A stretch of DNA of 32,000 nucleotides from contig CAVYLJ010000041.1 in the NCBI GenBank assembly GCA_963769305.1, positions 30,082-62,081 of the forward strand. The letters run 5' to 3'. Under the pieces are notes generated by a model, which did not search any database, was not told the DNA's origin, and saw only the letters and a program-made list of their open reading frames with translations. This DNA comes from an uncultured delta proteobacterium. GTDB lineage: Bacteria > Desulfobacterota > RBG-13-43-22. Below are positions 18,671 through 28,642 of the stretch, in pieces (positions within the stretch are counted from its first letter, which is position 1; every line of letters starts with the position of its first letter). The translations under genes and the position numbers were made by a program.

Positions 18671-19375
18671 ATGCTGGAAAATATTTTTCTGACCGTCAAT
18701 GACTGGCTTATCGGGGAACCCTACATCGCCGCCCTGGGGGCCTTTTTCTGGGGCATGATCAGCGTGGTCTTCAGCCCCTGCCATCTGGCCTCCATCCCGT
18801 TGATCGTGGCCTATGTGGGCGGGCAGGAAAAGACGGTCCTGGCCCGGCAGGCCGGATACTACTCCGTGGCCTTTACCTCCGGACTGTTTATCACCATCGC
18901 CCTGATCGGCATCATCTGTTCCCTTCTGGGACGTATGCTGGGCGATGTGGGCAACTACTGGCAGATCCTTATCGGGTTGATCCTGATCTGGGTGGCCCTG
19001 GGGATGCTGGGGGTCGAGAAATGTTCCATGTCCGGGAGCTTATTATACCGGCTGAATTTAAAAGGCATCTTTGGGGCCTTTGTCCTGGGTCTGGCCTATG
19101 GGGTGCTTTCCGGGTCCTGCACCTTCGGCTTTATCGCCCCTATCCTGGCCATCATCACAGTTCAAGAAAAGGTGGCCACCGGGATCCTGTTGATTTTGCT
19201 GTTCGCCGTCGGCCATTGCCTGCCCATCGTGATCGCCGGCAGTTCGACGGCCGCCGTCCGTAAAGTCATCGAAAACCAGTCCTGGCAGACCGGCGGCCAG
19301 TGGTTCCGCCGCGGGGCCGGGGTGCTCATCGTGTTGCTGGGCCTTTATTTTATTGTCAATCCTTTTATTACCTAA
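18671..19375 (+). CDS. ccdA: CcdA/DsbD-type transmembrane thiol-disulfide electron transporter
   Basis: Six-TM protein with the two conserved membrane Cys (VFSPCHLASIPL and LSGSCTFGFIAP). Confidence 0.85.
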   Translation: MLENIFLTVNDWLIGEPYIAALGAFFWGMISVVFSPCHLASIPLIVAYVGGQEKTVLARQAGYYSVAFTSGLFITIALIGIICSLLGRMLGDVGNYWQILIGLILIWVALGMLGVEKCSMSGSLLYRLNLKGIFGAFVLGLAYGVLSGSCTFGFIAPILAIITVQEKVATGILLILLFAVGHCLPIVIAGSSTAAVRKVIENQSWQTGGQWFRRGAGVLIVLLGLYFIVNPFIT

Positions 19376-19433
19376 CATAACCTATTCAAAAGGCTTGTCT
19401 CAGTCAGCCTTATAAGGAAATAGTCTCCATGCA

Positions 19434-20590
19434 ATGAAAATCGTCTTATTTTGATTCTTGGCCTGGCCGGTTTCGTGGTCATGGCCGATAACTGGGTCGT
19501 CTCACCCATTCTGCCGGCCATTGCCAGTTCCCTCCGGGTATCACCGGTGCAGGCCGGGCTGCTTATCAGTGCCTACATGATCCCTTTCGGGCTTTTTCAA
19601 TTAGTCTTCGGCCCTCTGGCCGATCGGTATGGGAAACAGCAGGTCATTACCTTTTCCATGATCTTCTTTACCATCGGTACGGCCCTCTGCGGCTTGGGGC
19701 TCGGGCTTTTCGATCTTGGGCTTTACCGCGCCCTTACCGGAATATTCGCCGCCTCGGTCATGCCCATCTCGCTGGCCCTGATCGGCGACCTTATACCCAT
19801 AGAGCGGCGGCAGCAGGCCATCGGGACTTTTATGGGCATCGCCTTTTTAGGCCAGGGACTCAGCATGGCTATCGGCGGGTCCATCGCCTATTTTGTTAGT
19901 TGGCGCGGGGTCTTTTTTACCTATGCCGCCTTGTCCGTCCTGTCCACCATAATGCTTATTCGGGGCCGGACGGAAGGCTTCCTCCAAAAGAAATCCCCAT
20001 AGTCTGTTTTTTAAACCCTACCTGGACCTGATTGGTAAGTTCAAAAAGTCTACTGATTTATCTGATCATTCTGGTCGAGGGCATCCTGATCATCGGTTCT
20101 TTTTCCTATTTGGGGGCCTATACGGAGCTTCTCTTCCATTTTAACTACCTTTATATCGGGCTGATCCCTGACCGCCTTCGGGGCCGGGGCCGTCATCACC
20201 GGCCGCCTGGTCGGAAAAATCGTGCCCCGCCTTGGGCGGCCGAATACCTTGATCCTGGGGTTGATCGTGGCCATGGGAGCGGATTTCCTGTTGTATGGGG
20301 TCAAAACCAGTGCGCTGATGCTGATCCTGGGGATAGCCCTTCTGGGTATTGGATTCATGCTGGCCCATTCGAGTCTGCTGACTTTTGCTACGGAGTTCGC
20401 CAAGATGGCCCGGGGCACGGCCATGTCTTTAGTGGCCTTTTGCTTTATGGGTGGCGGCGGGGTCGGCACGGCCATCGGGGGGAAAGTAATCTCTTCCATC
20501 GGATATGCCCGCTTTTACGGTCTTTACGGTCTCTTTTTGTTCGGACTGGTCATGGCTACCCTCATGGTTGTCCGCGAAGCCAAGGTGTAA
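19434..20590 (+). pseudogene. MFS transporter with four frame breaks (one -1 near 19449; +1 near 19998, 20050 and 20168)
   Basis: The N-terminal half (19451-20002) has the MFS motif GPLADRYGKQQV. The pieces SLFFKPYLDLIGKFKKS, LLIYLIILVEGILIIGSFSYLGAY..., and LTAFGAGAVITGRLVGKIVPRLGRPNTLILG...VREAKV lie in successive frames. Confidence 0.7.
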
Positions 20591-20607
20591 AAGGCAAATA
20601 ATTTTTC

Positions 20608-20636
20608 TTGACATCCTCGGCCTGTCTTCTTATAAC
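20608..20636 (+). promoter_or_regulatory. Sigma70-like promoter for the DUF486 gene
   Basis: TTGACA (20608-20613), 17-nt spacer, TATAAC (20631-20636). Confidence 0.6.
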
Positions 20637-20665
20637 TCATCCGGTTTCAAATCCAAAAACTCTGC

Positions 20666-20723
20666 TGCGGGTTCCACGTTGCGCGTTGGGAGTACCGCGT
20701 AATCCGCAACAAAAAATTTTTTT
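20666..20723 (+). promoter_or_regulatory. Structured leader: 8-bp-closed hairpin (TGCGGGTT...AATCCGCA) followed by A6 U7, just before the DUF486 RBS
   Basis: tgcgggttccacgttgcgcgttgggagtaccgcgtaatccgca, then acaaaaaattttttt, then GAAGG. It also has the heptamer-hairpin architecture seen elsewhere in the window. Confidence 0.4.
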
Positions 20724-20737
20724 GAAGGTTTTTTTAC

Positions 20738-21079
20738 ATGACCGTCATCGTTAAGAGTGCCTTGTTACTTACTTTCTCCAACCTCTTTATGACCTTCGCC
20801 TGGTATGCCCATCTTAAAAATCTGAGCAGCAAGCCCTGGTACCTGGCCGCCCTGGCCAGTTGGGGGATAGCCCTTCTGGAATACCTGATCCAGGTCCCGG
20901 CTAACCGCCTCGGCTATACGGTTATGAACCTTAGCCAATTAAAAATACTCCAGGAACTGATCACCCTTTCGGTTTTTGTCCCCTTTTCCGTTCTCTATAT
21001 GGACCAACCATTGCGGCTCAATTTCCTTTGGGCCGGGCTTTGTCTGCTGGGGGCGGTTTATTTCATCTTTAAGCAATAA
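20738..21079 (+). CDS. DUF486 / DMT-superfamily small membrane protein
   Basis: 113 aa. LTFSNLFMTFAWYAHLK...SWGIALLEYLIQVPANRLGY...LSQLKILQELITLSVFVPFSVLY matches my recollection of the DUF486 family. Confidence 0.75.
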   Translation: MTVIVKSALLLTFSNLFMTFAWYAHLKNLSSKPWYLAALASWGIALLEYLIQVPANRLGYTVMNLSQLKILQELITLSVFVPFSVLYMDQPLRLNFLWAGLCLLGAVYFIFKQ

Positions 21080-21230
21080 AAGTATCGGCCGTTGGAGTGG
21101 CTATAACAGGAAACCTCGATGTTGCAAAAGCCGAGGATGCTGCAGATCCGAGACGTCAAGGCGAAGCCGTACTTAGACAATCATCGATCAATTTTTATTC
21201 AACTTCGAGGGAAAGAAAGGAGGTGATCCT

Positions 21231-21500
21231 ATGACCACCAAACGCAAGATCGAAGTTTTCAGCGCGGGATGCTTCCTATGTCAAGAGACTATCGAACTGG
21301 TCAACCGCTCGGCTTGTTCGTCCTGTGAGGTCAGCGTGCTGGACATGCATGACCTGCAGGTGGCCACGCGGGCGAGAGAATTGGGTATCCGGTCGGTGTC
21401 GACGGTAGTGATCGACGGCAAGCTGGCCGATTGCTGCTCCGGCCGCGGACCCGACGAGACAGCACTTCGGGCCGCCGGTCTGGGACAGCCGCTTAGTTAA
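21231..21500 (+). CDS. Thioredoxin/glutaredoxin-fold protein with CxxC
   Basis: 89 aa. KIEVFSAGCFLCQETIELV, extra Cys pairs (CSSC, DCC), and VVIDGKL. RBS AGGAGG. GC is visibly higher than in the flanks. Confidence 0.65.
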   Translation: MTTKRKIEVFSAGCFLCQETIELVNRSACSSCEVSVLDMHDLQVATRARELGIRSVSTVVIDGKLADCCSGRGPDETALRAAGLGQPLS

Positions 21501-21647
21501 CAGTGCTGAATTCCATCGACAAACCCCGGGATCGAATCAGTTCCGCTTCCGGTCGGTCCTGGTGTGTTTCTTTCAATTTAATTGATCGATTATCTTTCAA
21601 TAACCTTGGTCATTACCTCCTTCAAATCAGACTAAAGGGCCTGCCCT

Positions 21648-22241
21648 CTATTCAACAGGGCTCCCGTCCAAAAATATTTCACCCCTTTTCACCCCATTTA
21701 AAAAGCTTCGGGTACTGCGCCCCCTTTTGGACCTATAGATCGGTTTAAACTCTAAAACATGTGACCCGCCGCCGGTCAGAGTCAAACTGACTTCTTTAAA
21801 ATAATCCTCTCCCGGAAGACCAAAAAATATGGTTGTGCGGTCCGGAAACCAGTCTGACCTTCTTATGAAGGACATATCTCATACCCTCTCCCCCTTCAGG
21901 GTCCCGCTTTCCTTGGGCATCCCAGGGGTAATTTCCTTTTGTCCGTCTATCTTCCAGACCAGCGCCTGTCCATCAATGTTGATTAAAAAGGGATATCCGG
22001 GTTGCCCATGAAAAGTCTTTTTGGATTCAAAGAAATAATATCCCTCCACATGAGTTTTAATCGACGCCTTGATGATTAAATCAAAAAAACCCTGTGGCGG
22101 AGGACCTTCTTCTTTAACTTCCTTAAAAACATCGGTTCTTTCACTTTGTGATTTGGTCTTTATCGCCCGTGCTGCCAGGCCGCAGCCCAAAATGGTGCTT
22201 ACGAAAGCGGCCAGGAGCAAATAGCTCAATAATCTTTTCAT
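21648..22241 (-). pseudogene. Lipoprotein of unknown function, last gene of the RND operon, interrupted by one in-frame TGA (21879-21881)
   Basis: Lipobox MKRLLSYLLLAAFVSTILGC from the ATG at 22241. ORFs 21879-22292 and 21648-21875 are in the same frame and read ...TLKGERV-TGA-DMSFIRRSDWFPD... Confidence 0.6.
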
Positions 22242-22245
22242 TTTT

Positions 22246-25200
22246 TCAAATCCTCTTTTCAGTTTCAGGTTGCTTCTTCTCAAACCAGCCATACATCGAA
22301 GGGATGAGCAGGAGCGTCAGAAGCGTGGATGTTATCAATCCCCCTACTACCACAGTTGCGAGCGGTTTTTGGATTTCAGAACCTGCCCCACTGGCGTAAA
22401 GCATCGGTATCAAGCTGAATATGGCAATAGATGCCGTCATGAGCACAGGACGCAATCTGTCAGCGCTGCCTTTGAGAATCGCCTCCGTCAGGTCTAACCC
22501 TTCCTCGTCGCGCAATTGGGAAATGCGGGATACCAGGACAACGCCGTTCAGCACCGCAACCCCGAAGAGCACGATAAACCCGACTGAAGCCGGAACCGAC
22601 AAGTACAAGCCGGAAATCCATAGCGAGAACACCCCGCCGATTAGAGCAAAAGGCAGATTCAGAATTACCAGGAGGGCCAGTTTTATGGATCTGAACGTTG
22701 CAAAGAGGAGAAGCAGAATCAATCCGATCGCGATGGGTCCGATGATCATCATCTTGGCCATCGCCCGCTGCTGGTTTTCAAACTGTCCTCCCCAGGTGAT
22801 GTAGTATCCGGAAGGCAGCTTCACATTTTCCGCTATCTTTCGTTTTGCTTCCGCGACAAAACCCCCAATGTCTCTTCCTTCTATGTTCATCTCGATTCCG
22901 ATTCTTCGTAAACCGTCCTCCCTGCTTATCTGTGCCGGCCCTTCCGTGAGAGATATTTTCGCCAGTTGACTGAGAGGAATATTCGAACCGCCATCCGTCG
23001 GCACCAGGATGCTTCCGATGGTCTCAACCGAGTTTCTGCTTTCCTCCGGCAGACGGACGGTAATATCAAAACTCCTGTTCTCTTCATAGAACTTTGATGC
23101 CGATTTGCCGGCAATCGCAATTTCAACCATGTTTTGAATATCGCTTATGTTCAATCCGTAGCGTGCAATTTTTGGTCTGTCTATTTCGATGGTGAGATAG
23201 GGCTGCCCGGTCACCTTTTCCGTAAGCAGATCGGTTGTGCCTTCAATCTTGGAAAGGACCCGCGCCATTTCATCGGCTTTCGATTTCAATACATCCAAGT
23301 CCTCGCCGAAGAGTCTCAGGATAAGCTGGGCTCGAGTTCCGGCCACAAGCTCATCAATTCTGCATTGGATGGGCTGGCTGAAACCAAACCCTATTCCCGG
23401 AATCGCCTCTATCGCCTCTCTCATCTTGCCCGTCAATTCCTCCCGGTTCAGACCGCTTTTCCATTCTTTTCTCGGCTTCAACACCCCGACGTAGCCGGTC
23501 TTATCAACACCCCGCGTGTCCAGGGCTACCCCGGTTTGTCCCGTTCGTGAAACCACGGTGAGCAATTCCGGGAAGGTCTTTAGCTTTTCACCTATGAGTT
23601 TATTTATCTCCATCGCTTTATCCAGTGAAACGCCGGGCAGAAGAGATACATCCATGTCAAAAGCCCCTTCATCCATGATCGGTATGAATTCCGTTCCCAG
23701 CCGTGGAATAATGACGAGAGACAAAACAAGAAAAACACCGGCTGTGGCTAAAACCAGCTTTCTCTTCTTCATGCTGTACCTGAGCACCGGCAAATAGGCC
23801 TTCTTTACAACCTTCATGATGATGCTTTCTTTTTCCGGTTGCGGTTTCAGAATCATTGAACATAAGACCGGAATGACGAAGATCGAAAGAACCAGGGAGG
23901 AGAGAAGGGCAATGGCGACCGTCATCGCCAGGGGTCCGAACATCTTCCCTTCAATCCCTTCCAAGGCCAGAATGGGGATGAAAGTGATCGCGATGATCAG
24001 TTCGCCGAGGATGCTCGGCTTTCTTACTTCAAGGACCGCCTTGAGCACGGTAGTAAGGGTTTTGCCTCCATGCCCGTCTTCGCTCAGATGCCTCTGCACG
24101 TTCTCCACCTGAATGATGGTCGCATCTATGATCATGCCGATTGAAATGGCCAATCCGCCAAGAGACATCAGGTTGGCGCTTAACCCAACTATCTTCATGA
24201 CAATGAATGTGGACAGCAAAGAAAGCGGAAGGGCAATCAATACAACAAAAGAAGCCCTGAAGCTTCTGAGCAGAAGATAGAGAACGATCAGTACAAGAAA
24301 GGCGCCTTCGAGCAGCGCCTTGGTCACTGTGGCCACACTGGCATTCACGATGTCCGACCGATCATAATAGGGTACTATCTTGATTCCCTTTGGCAGAATA
24401 TTGTTCTCGTTTATTTCTTTGACCTTTTGCTTGACCCGTTCGACGACTTCGCGGCTGTTCTCTCCTCGAAGCATCATGACAATTCCACCGACCGCCTCGT
24501 CCTTTCCGTTGATCATGGCGGCGCCTTGCCGTACGGCTTCGCCGATCTTTACTTCAGCAACATCCTTCAGGTAGGTCGGCGTACCTCCGTGGGATTTGAG
24601 AACGATATTCTCAATGTCGGCCGTATCCTTTATCAGTCCGACTCCTCGGACAATATACTGATCCGAGTGCTTTTCGAGTATATTTCCGCCGGCATTCTGA
24701 TTATTCTTTTCGATCGCAGCGTATACCTGGTCGACGGAAATGCCATGTTTCAAGAGCCTGTCGGGAGAAACGACTACTTGATACTCCTTGAAATACCCGC
24801 CGAAAGAATTTATTTCATTCACTCCCGGAACGCTTTTTAACAACGGATTGACGGTCCATTCCTGAATCGTTCTCAAATCGGTCAAATACTCTATTTTCTT
24901 CTGCGGATCATCGGGCATTTTGCCGTCGAGAGTAAACTGATATATCTCGCCCATGGCGGTTGCAATGGGTCCCATAGTGATTTCAACGCCTTTGGGGACA
25001 TTCTCCTTCGCTTCGGCCAATCTCTCAAATACAAGCTGCCGGGCAAAGTAAATATCGACATTGTCTTCAAAGACAATGGTCACCAAAGAAAGGCCGAATT
25101 TGGTAACAGAGCGCATCTGTTTGACTCTTCGGCAGCCCGCGCATCGACATTTCAATGGGATAGGTTACCGAACGCTCGATCTCTAGTGCAGAAAGCCCGC

Positions 25201-25360
25201 TGGCATGGCCTACAACTTCCACCTGGTTGTTGGTTACGTCGGGAAAAGCGTCAATGGGGAGCTTGATATAGGAATAGACTCCAAATGCCACGAGAAGCAG
25301 CGAGAAGACTATGACCGTCCCTTTCTGTCTGAGCACTAAGGCAATGATTCTTTCCAACAT
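22246..25360 (-). pseudogene. Heavy-metal-efflux RND transporter (CusA/CzcA family), with one +1 frame break near 25123-25132 as sequenced
   Basis: ORF 25067-25360 (MLERIIALVLRQKGTVIVF...PIEMSMRGLP) continues in the +1 frame as VKQMRSVTKFGLSLVTIVFEDNVDIYFARQ. The TM4 motif SIGMIIDATIIQVEN is typical of HME-RND pumps. Confidence 0.9.
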
Positions 25361-25362
25361 AA

Positions 25363-26600
25363 CTATTCCCCCTGGAGCGTTTCCTTCTTCAGCTCCGATT
25401 TGAGCGTGAAAACACCCTTGGTGACCACCGCATCTCCCACTTTCAGTCCCTCCTTGATCTCGATCTTCGGGCCTGAGGCGGGGCCGACGGAAACCCGTCT
25501 CACCACAAACCTGCCATCCCCTTCATGAATAAAAACGTACCTTTCCGAGCCGTCAAGAAAGACCGCCTCTTCGGGAACAGCAATCACTTTTTCAGCCCGG
25601 GGGTCTTTGACGGAGTCTATCGAAGCCGTCGCAAACATCCCCGGCTTCAAAAAACCGTCTCTGTTGTCTATGCTCACCCGTGCCTTCACCGTCCGTGTCT
25701 TCTCGTCCATGACATCGCCCAGGTAGGAGATGCGTCCCTTGAACTCTTTCCGGGATAGGCGGAAACGGAGAGCTTCACCTGCATGCCGGTCCTCACTTTG
25801 CCGAGGTCCTGTTCGTATATGTCGACCATGAGCCATAAGGTGGAGAGGTCGGCCACCGTGAAGAGCGTCTTCTCCGGCCCGACCATCTCCCCTTTGGCCA
25901 CTGTTTTTTCGATAATAACCCCGGACAGGGGTGCACAGACGGGGATCAAGGGGCGCTTCTGATCCGTGCCATTGGTGTCCGTTTCCACGTGTTGCACATC
26001 GACGCCGAGGAGACGGAACCGCTCTTTTGCCAGAAGCAGGTCCGCTTCGGCCTCGCTAAATTCCTGACGGGCCTTGAGCAGGTCCTTCTCGGGCGACACC
26101 TTCTTCTGGAAGAGCGTCTCTTCGCGCTTGACGCTCCTCGCGGCCAGGTCGAGACGTCCTTTGGCTTTGAGGTAGTTGGACCACGCCTGGTCCATATCAA
26201 CGGAATCAATCTGAGCGAGTACCTGGCCATGACGCACCCTGTCCCCCTGCGATACGTTTACGCTGACCGCCCGGCCCGCCGCCCGTGGATTCACCCGGGC
26301 AACCCGGTCTCCATTCATCTCCAGCACCGCGGTTGCCGAAATAAACACCGAGGGTGTCGTAGCGGCGACGGTCTGCACCTCTATGCCGGCTGCCTTTACG
26401 CCCTCAGGGGTGAGCTTGACTATGCCTTCCGGCGGCGCCTCCTTCTTCTCGGTCTCCGCCTTCTGCGCGGCTTCCGGCGTCTTCTGTTCCACCGTTTTCT
26501 CCTTCTTTGAACATCCGCCTGCGAGGACAAGCGCCGCAAAGAACACGACGAAGAACATCGCCAAAGCGATATTTATCTTTTTAGCCCGTATCCCTTTCAT
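25363..26600 (-). pseudogene. RND periplasmic adaptor (membrane fusion lipoprotein), with one -1 frame break near 25741-25751 as sequenced
   Basis: Lipobox LVLAGGC. The N-terminal ORF reads ...VKLSVSAYPGK and the other frame continues EFKGRISYLGDVMDEKTRTVKARVSIDN. The start overlaps the OMF stop (ATGA). Confidence 0.85.
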
Positions 26601-27817
26601 TTCAGATCACCTCCGACCGCCCTTTCAAGGGCATTATAGGCGCGCTGCACCGAGAGAAGGGCCTCCAAGTAGGAGTTGCGCGTTTCGATCGTTTCCCTTT
26701 GGGCAATACGGACATCGTAAAAGCTGATCTTGCCCTCCCGAAAAGCGTACTGGAGGAGATCGAGGTTTTCGGTGGTTCGTCCTAAGATCGCCTGTTTAAA
26801 AAGATCGAGCTCACTTAAGGATGAAGCGGCTGCCGCATAGGACTCCTCAATCTCTTTCCGGGCGGTCCTGGCCACGCCGGCCTCCCGGATCCGCGCCTGG
26901 GAGGCCTTCGCCCGGGCTTCGGTGCGCTCCGCCTGTTTCCGGTCAAAGAGCGGGATCTCAACGGAGAGCGCGCCGCCGCGCTCGTATTGCTGCTCATCCT
27001 TTCCTTGAAAGAGACTCCAGGTCACGTTCGGGATCAGTTCCCTTTTTGTGAGTGTGAGCGCGGCCTCTGACCTCCGCGTCTCGGCCTCGGCAGCCTTGAT
27101 GTCGGGCCGGGCGGGTATGCGGTCCAGAAGCGTCTCCCTGTCCGGCAACGGAGGAAGCCCTGCCGCCAGATCACCCTCGGGGGTCACTTCTGCATCAGCC
27201 GCCATGCCGATGAGCGTCTTGAGCGAAAGGAGCGCGTTTTTGTACTCCGTCGAAGCGGCAATCAGGTCCCTCCTCGCCCTGGCCAGCTCGACCTGGCTCA
27301 GGTTCACCTCGAGGGCGGCCACATCTCCAGCCTCATACTTCACAGAGACGAGCCGGGAAAGCTCCTCCTGGAGTCGGACGAATTCCTTAGCGAGCGTCTC
27401 CTTGTCGCGCAGGAAGAGGACCTGGGCAAAGCGATCCCTGATATCGGCCTTCAGCGTGCGCTCAAGGTCCCGGATTTCCATGCGCGCCCGCTCCAGGTTG
27501 TGCGTGGCCGCTTCGATACGCAGCCCTCGCTGACCGCCCACCTCCACGCTCTGGGAGAGGCTGATCTGGTTATTCAGAAATCTGCCGCCCGCTTCATCCG
27601 GCGGCCGGTCCTTGAGCGACAGTCCGCCTTCAATGACGGGGTTCGAGAACGGAGGGAGCTTTGCCTTCTGCATCTGCCCTTTGGCCGCATCCTCCTCGAA
27701 CCTGATCGCCTGCATCTGCGGGTTGTTCCTCAGTCCGGTCGCCACGGCCTCTTCCATGGTGAGGGCGAAGGCAGGACCGGAAAAGAGTATGACAATCGCC
27801 GTGATCAGATAAAACAT
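26597..27817 (-). CDS. TolC-like outer membrane efflux factor, first gene of the HME-RND operon
   Basis: 406 aa with a signal peptide and the two-repeat coiled-coil/beta-barrel pattern typical of CzcC/CusC-like OMFs. RBS AGGAGG. Confidence 0.85.
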   Translation of the reverse strand: MFYLITAIVILFSGPAFALTMEEAVATGLRNNPQMQAIRFEEDAAKGQMQKAKLPPFSNPVIEGGLSLKDRPPDEAGGRFLNNQISLSQSVEVGGQRGLRIEAATHNLERARMEIRDLERTLKADIRDRFAQVLFLRDKETLAKEFVRLQEELSRLVSVKYEAGDVAALEVNLSQVELARARRDLIAASTEYKNALLSLKTLIGMAADAEVTPEGDLAAGLPPLPDRETLLDRIPARPDIKAAEAETRRSEAALTLTKRELIPNVTWSLFQGKDEQQYERGGALSVEIPLFDRKQAERTEARAKASQARIREAGVARTARKEIEESYAAAASSLSELDLFKQAILGRTTENLDLLQYAFREGKISFYDVRIAQRETIETRNSYLEALLSVQRAYNALERAVGGDLK

Positions 27818-27893
27818 GATAGTTCCTCCTGCATAAATAGATAAAGCGCGATAAAGGGAAGGACCCTCTTTCTCTCCAGGGGATTGAGCATTA

Positions 27894-27914
27894 GTCCTGA
27901 ACTTGATTCAGGAC
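27894..27914. promoter_or_regulatory. Perfect inverted repeat GTCCTGAA-N5-TTCAGGAC between the Cys/His-protein gene and the OMF gene
   Basis: Read directly. No U-run follows on the minus strand, so an operator or RNA-processing hairpin is as likely as a terminator. Confidence 0.35.
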
Positions 27915-27986
27915 ATAATTTCTCCCGGGAAGGACGGAATCCCTCTATTAATTTTTAATCATTTTGGGAAGTGGTTTTGGAAAGGG

Positions 27987-28359
27987 TTAGCTTTTAGGAG
28001 GTTCGTAGATAACAAATACGGGTTCAACCAGCAAAAAAGGGCCGGTTAAGTTTGCGAAGGGCGTTGAGGAAAGATATACTCGCGTAAAAACATGATTCAC
28101 GAGGGCATGGGCATGTAATAAACAGACAGCGCAATGGATGGCCTTCTCATTTTTTTCCAATGGGCCACAATCATTACAAATAGGCTTGGTTGAAATCGAT
28201 AGGATACTAAAAAAAGTTCCCTCCGGGCATCTTGGCAAAAGAGGAAGACCTACTATCGATTCCGCAGTCCCCATGGGCCAGCCCGTCGGCAACGGGCAGC
28301 ACCAGAAAAGCGCTCAATAAAACGGCCGAAATAAGCTTCCTTAAAACTTGACTTTTCAC
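27987..28359 (-). pseudogene. Small secreted Cys/His-rich protein (about 123 aa) upstream of the RND operon, with a +1 break most simply placed in the T7 run (28209-28215)
   Basis: GTG at 28359 gives the signal peptide KSQVLRKLISAVLLSAFLVLPVADGLAHG...PGGNFF. Removing one T joins it to SILSISTKPICNDCGPLEKNEKAIHCAVCLLHAHALVNH... (track ORF 27987-28292). Confidence 0.5.
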
Positions 28360-28398
28360 AGGCTTAAAATTCCAATCGGCTATCTGCTAATTAATTCC

Positions 28399-28412
28399 TA
28401 TATGGTTATATA
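28399..28412. promoter_or_regulatory. TATAT-N4-ATATA palindrome upstream of the Cys/His-protein gene
   Basis: tatatggttatata has the same core as the 13578-13591 and 28536/28754 operators. It is AT-rich, so a chance match is possible. Confidence 0.3.
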
Positions 28413-28422
28413 ATAATTGTGA

Positions 28423-28558
28423 TTCAAATCCCTGTCAAGTAAAAAAATAAAACGCCGAAAAACAATCATCCTGGTTTCTTGGTCCAGATCATCCTTTGGA
28501 CTTAATTTTTGCTTGACAATTTCCATGGATAAAACTATATTACCATATACTTATTAAG
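28423..28558 (+). repeat. Direct repeat copy 1 (about 136 bp) carrying promoter TTGACA (28513-28518) and operator AACTATAT-TACC-ATATACTT (28533-28552)
   Basis: Near-identical to 28643-28776, differing only by a few substitutions and indels. Confidence 0.85.
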
Positions 28559-28642
28559 TTCTATGCTCCATGAAGAGGTTAACGATAGCATGAAAAGCTC
28601 CCATACAACTTTTCTGAATATATGTTAATCAGGTAGAAAGCT

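Noticed and set aside
20666-20723. Assignment of the DUF486 leader to a known riboswitch class (guanidine-II/III, fluoride)
   Set aside because: I could not find the ACGR tetraloops or the conserved cores I remember for these classes. It is kept only as an unclassified structured leader.
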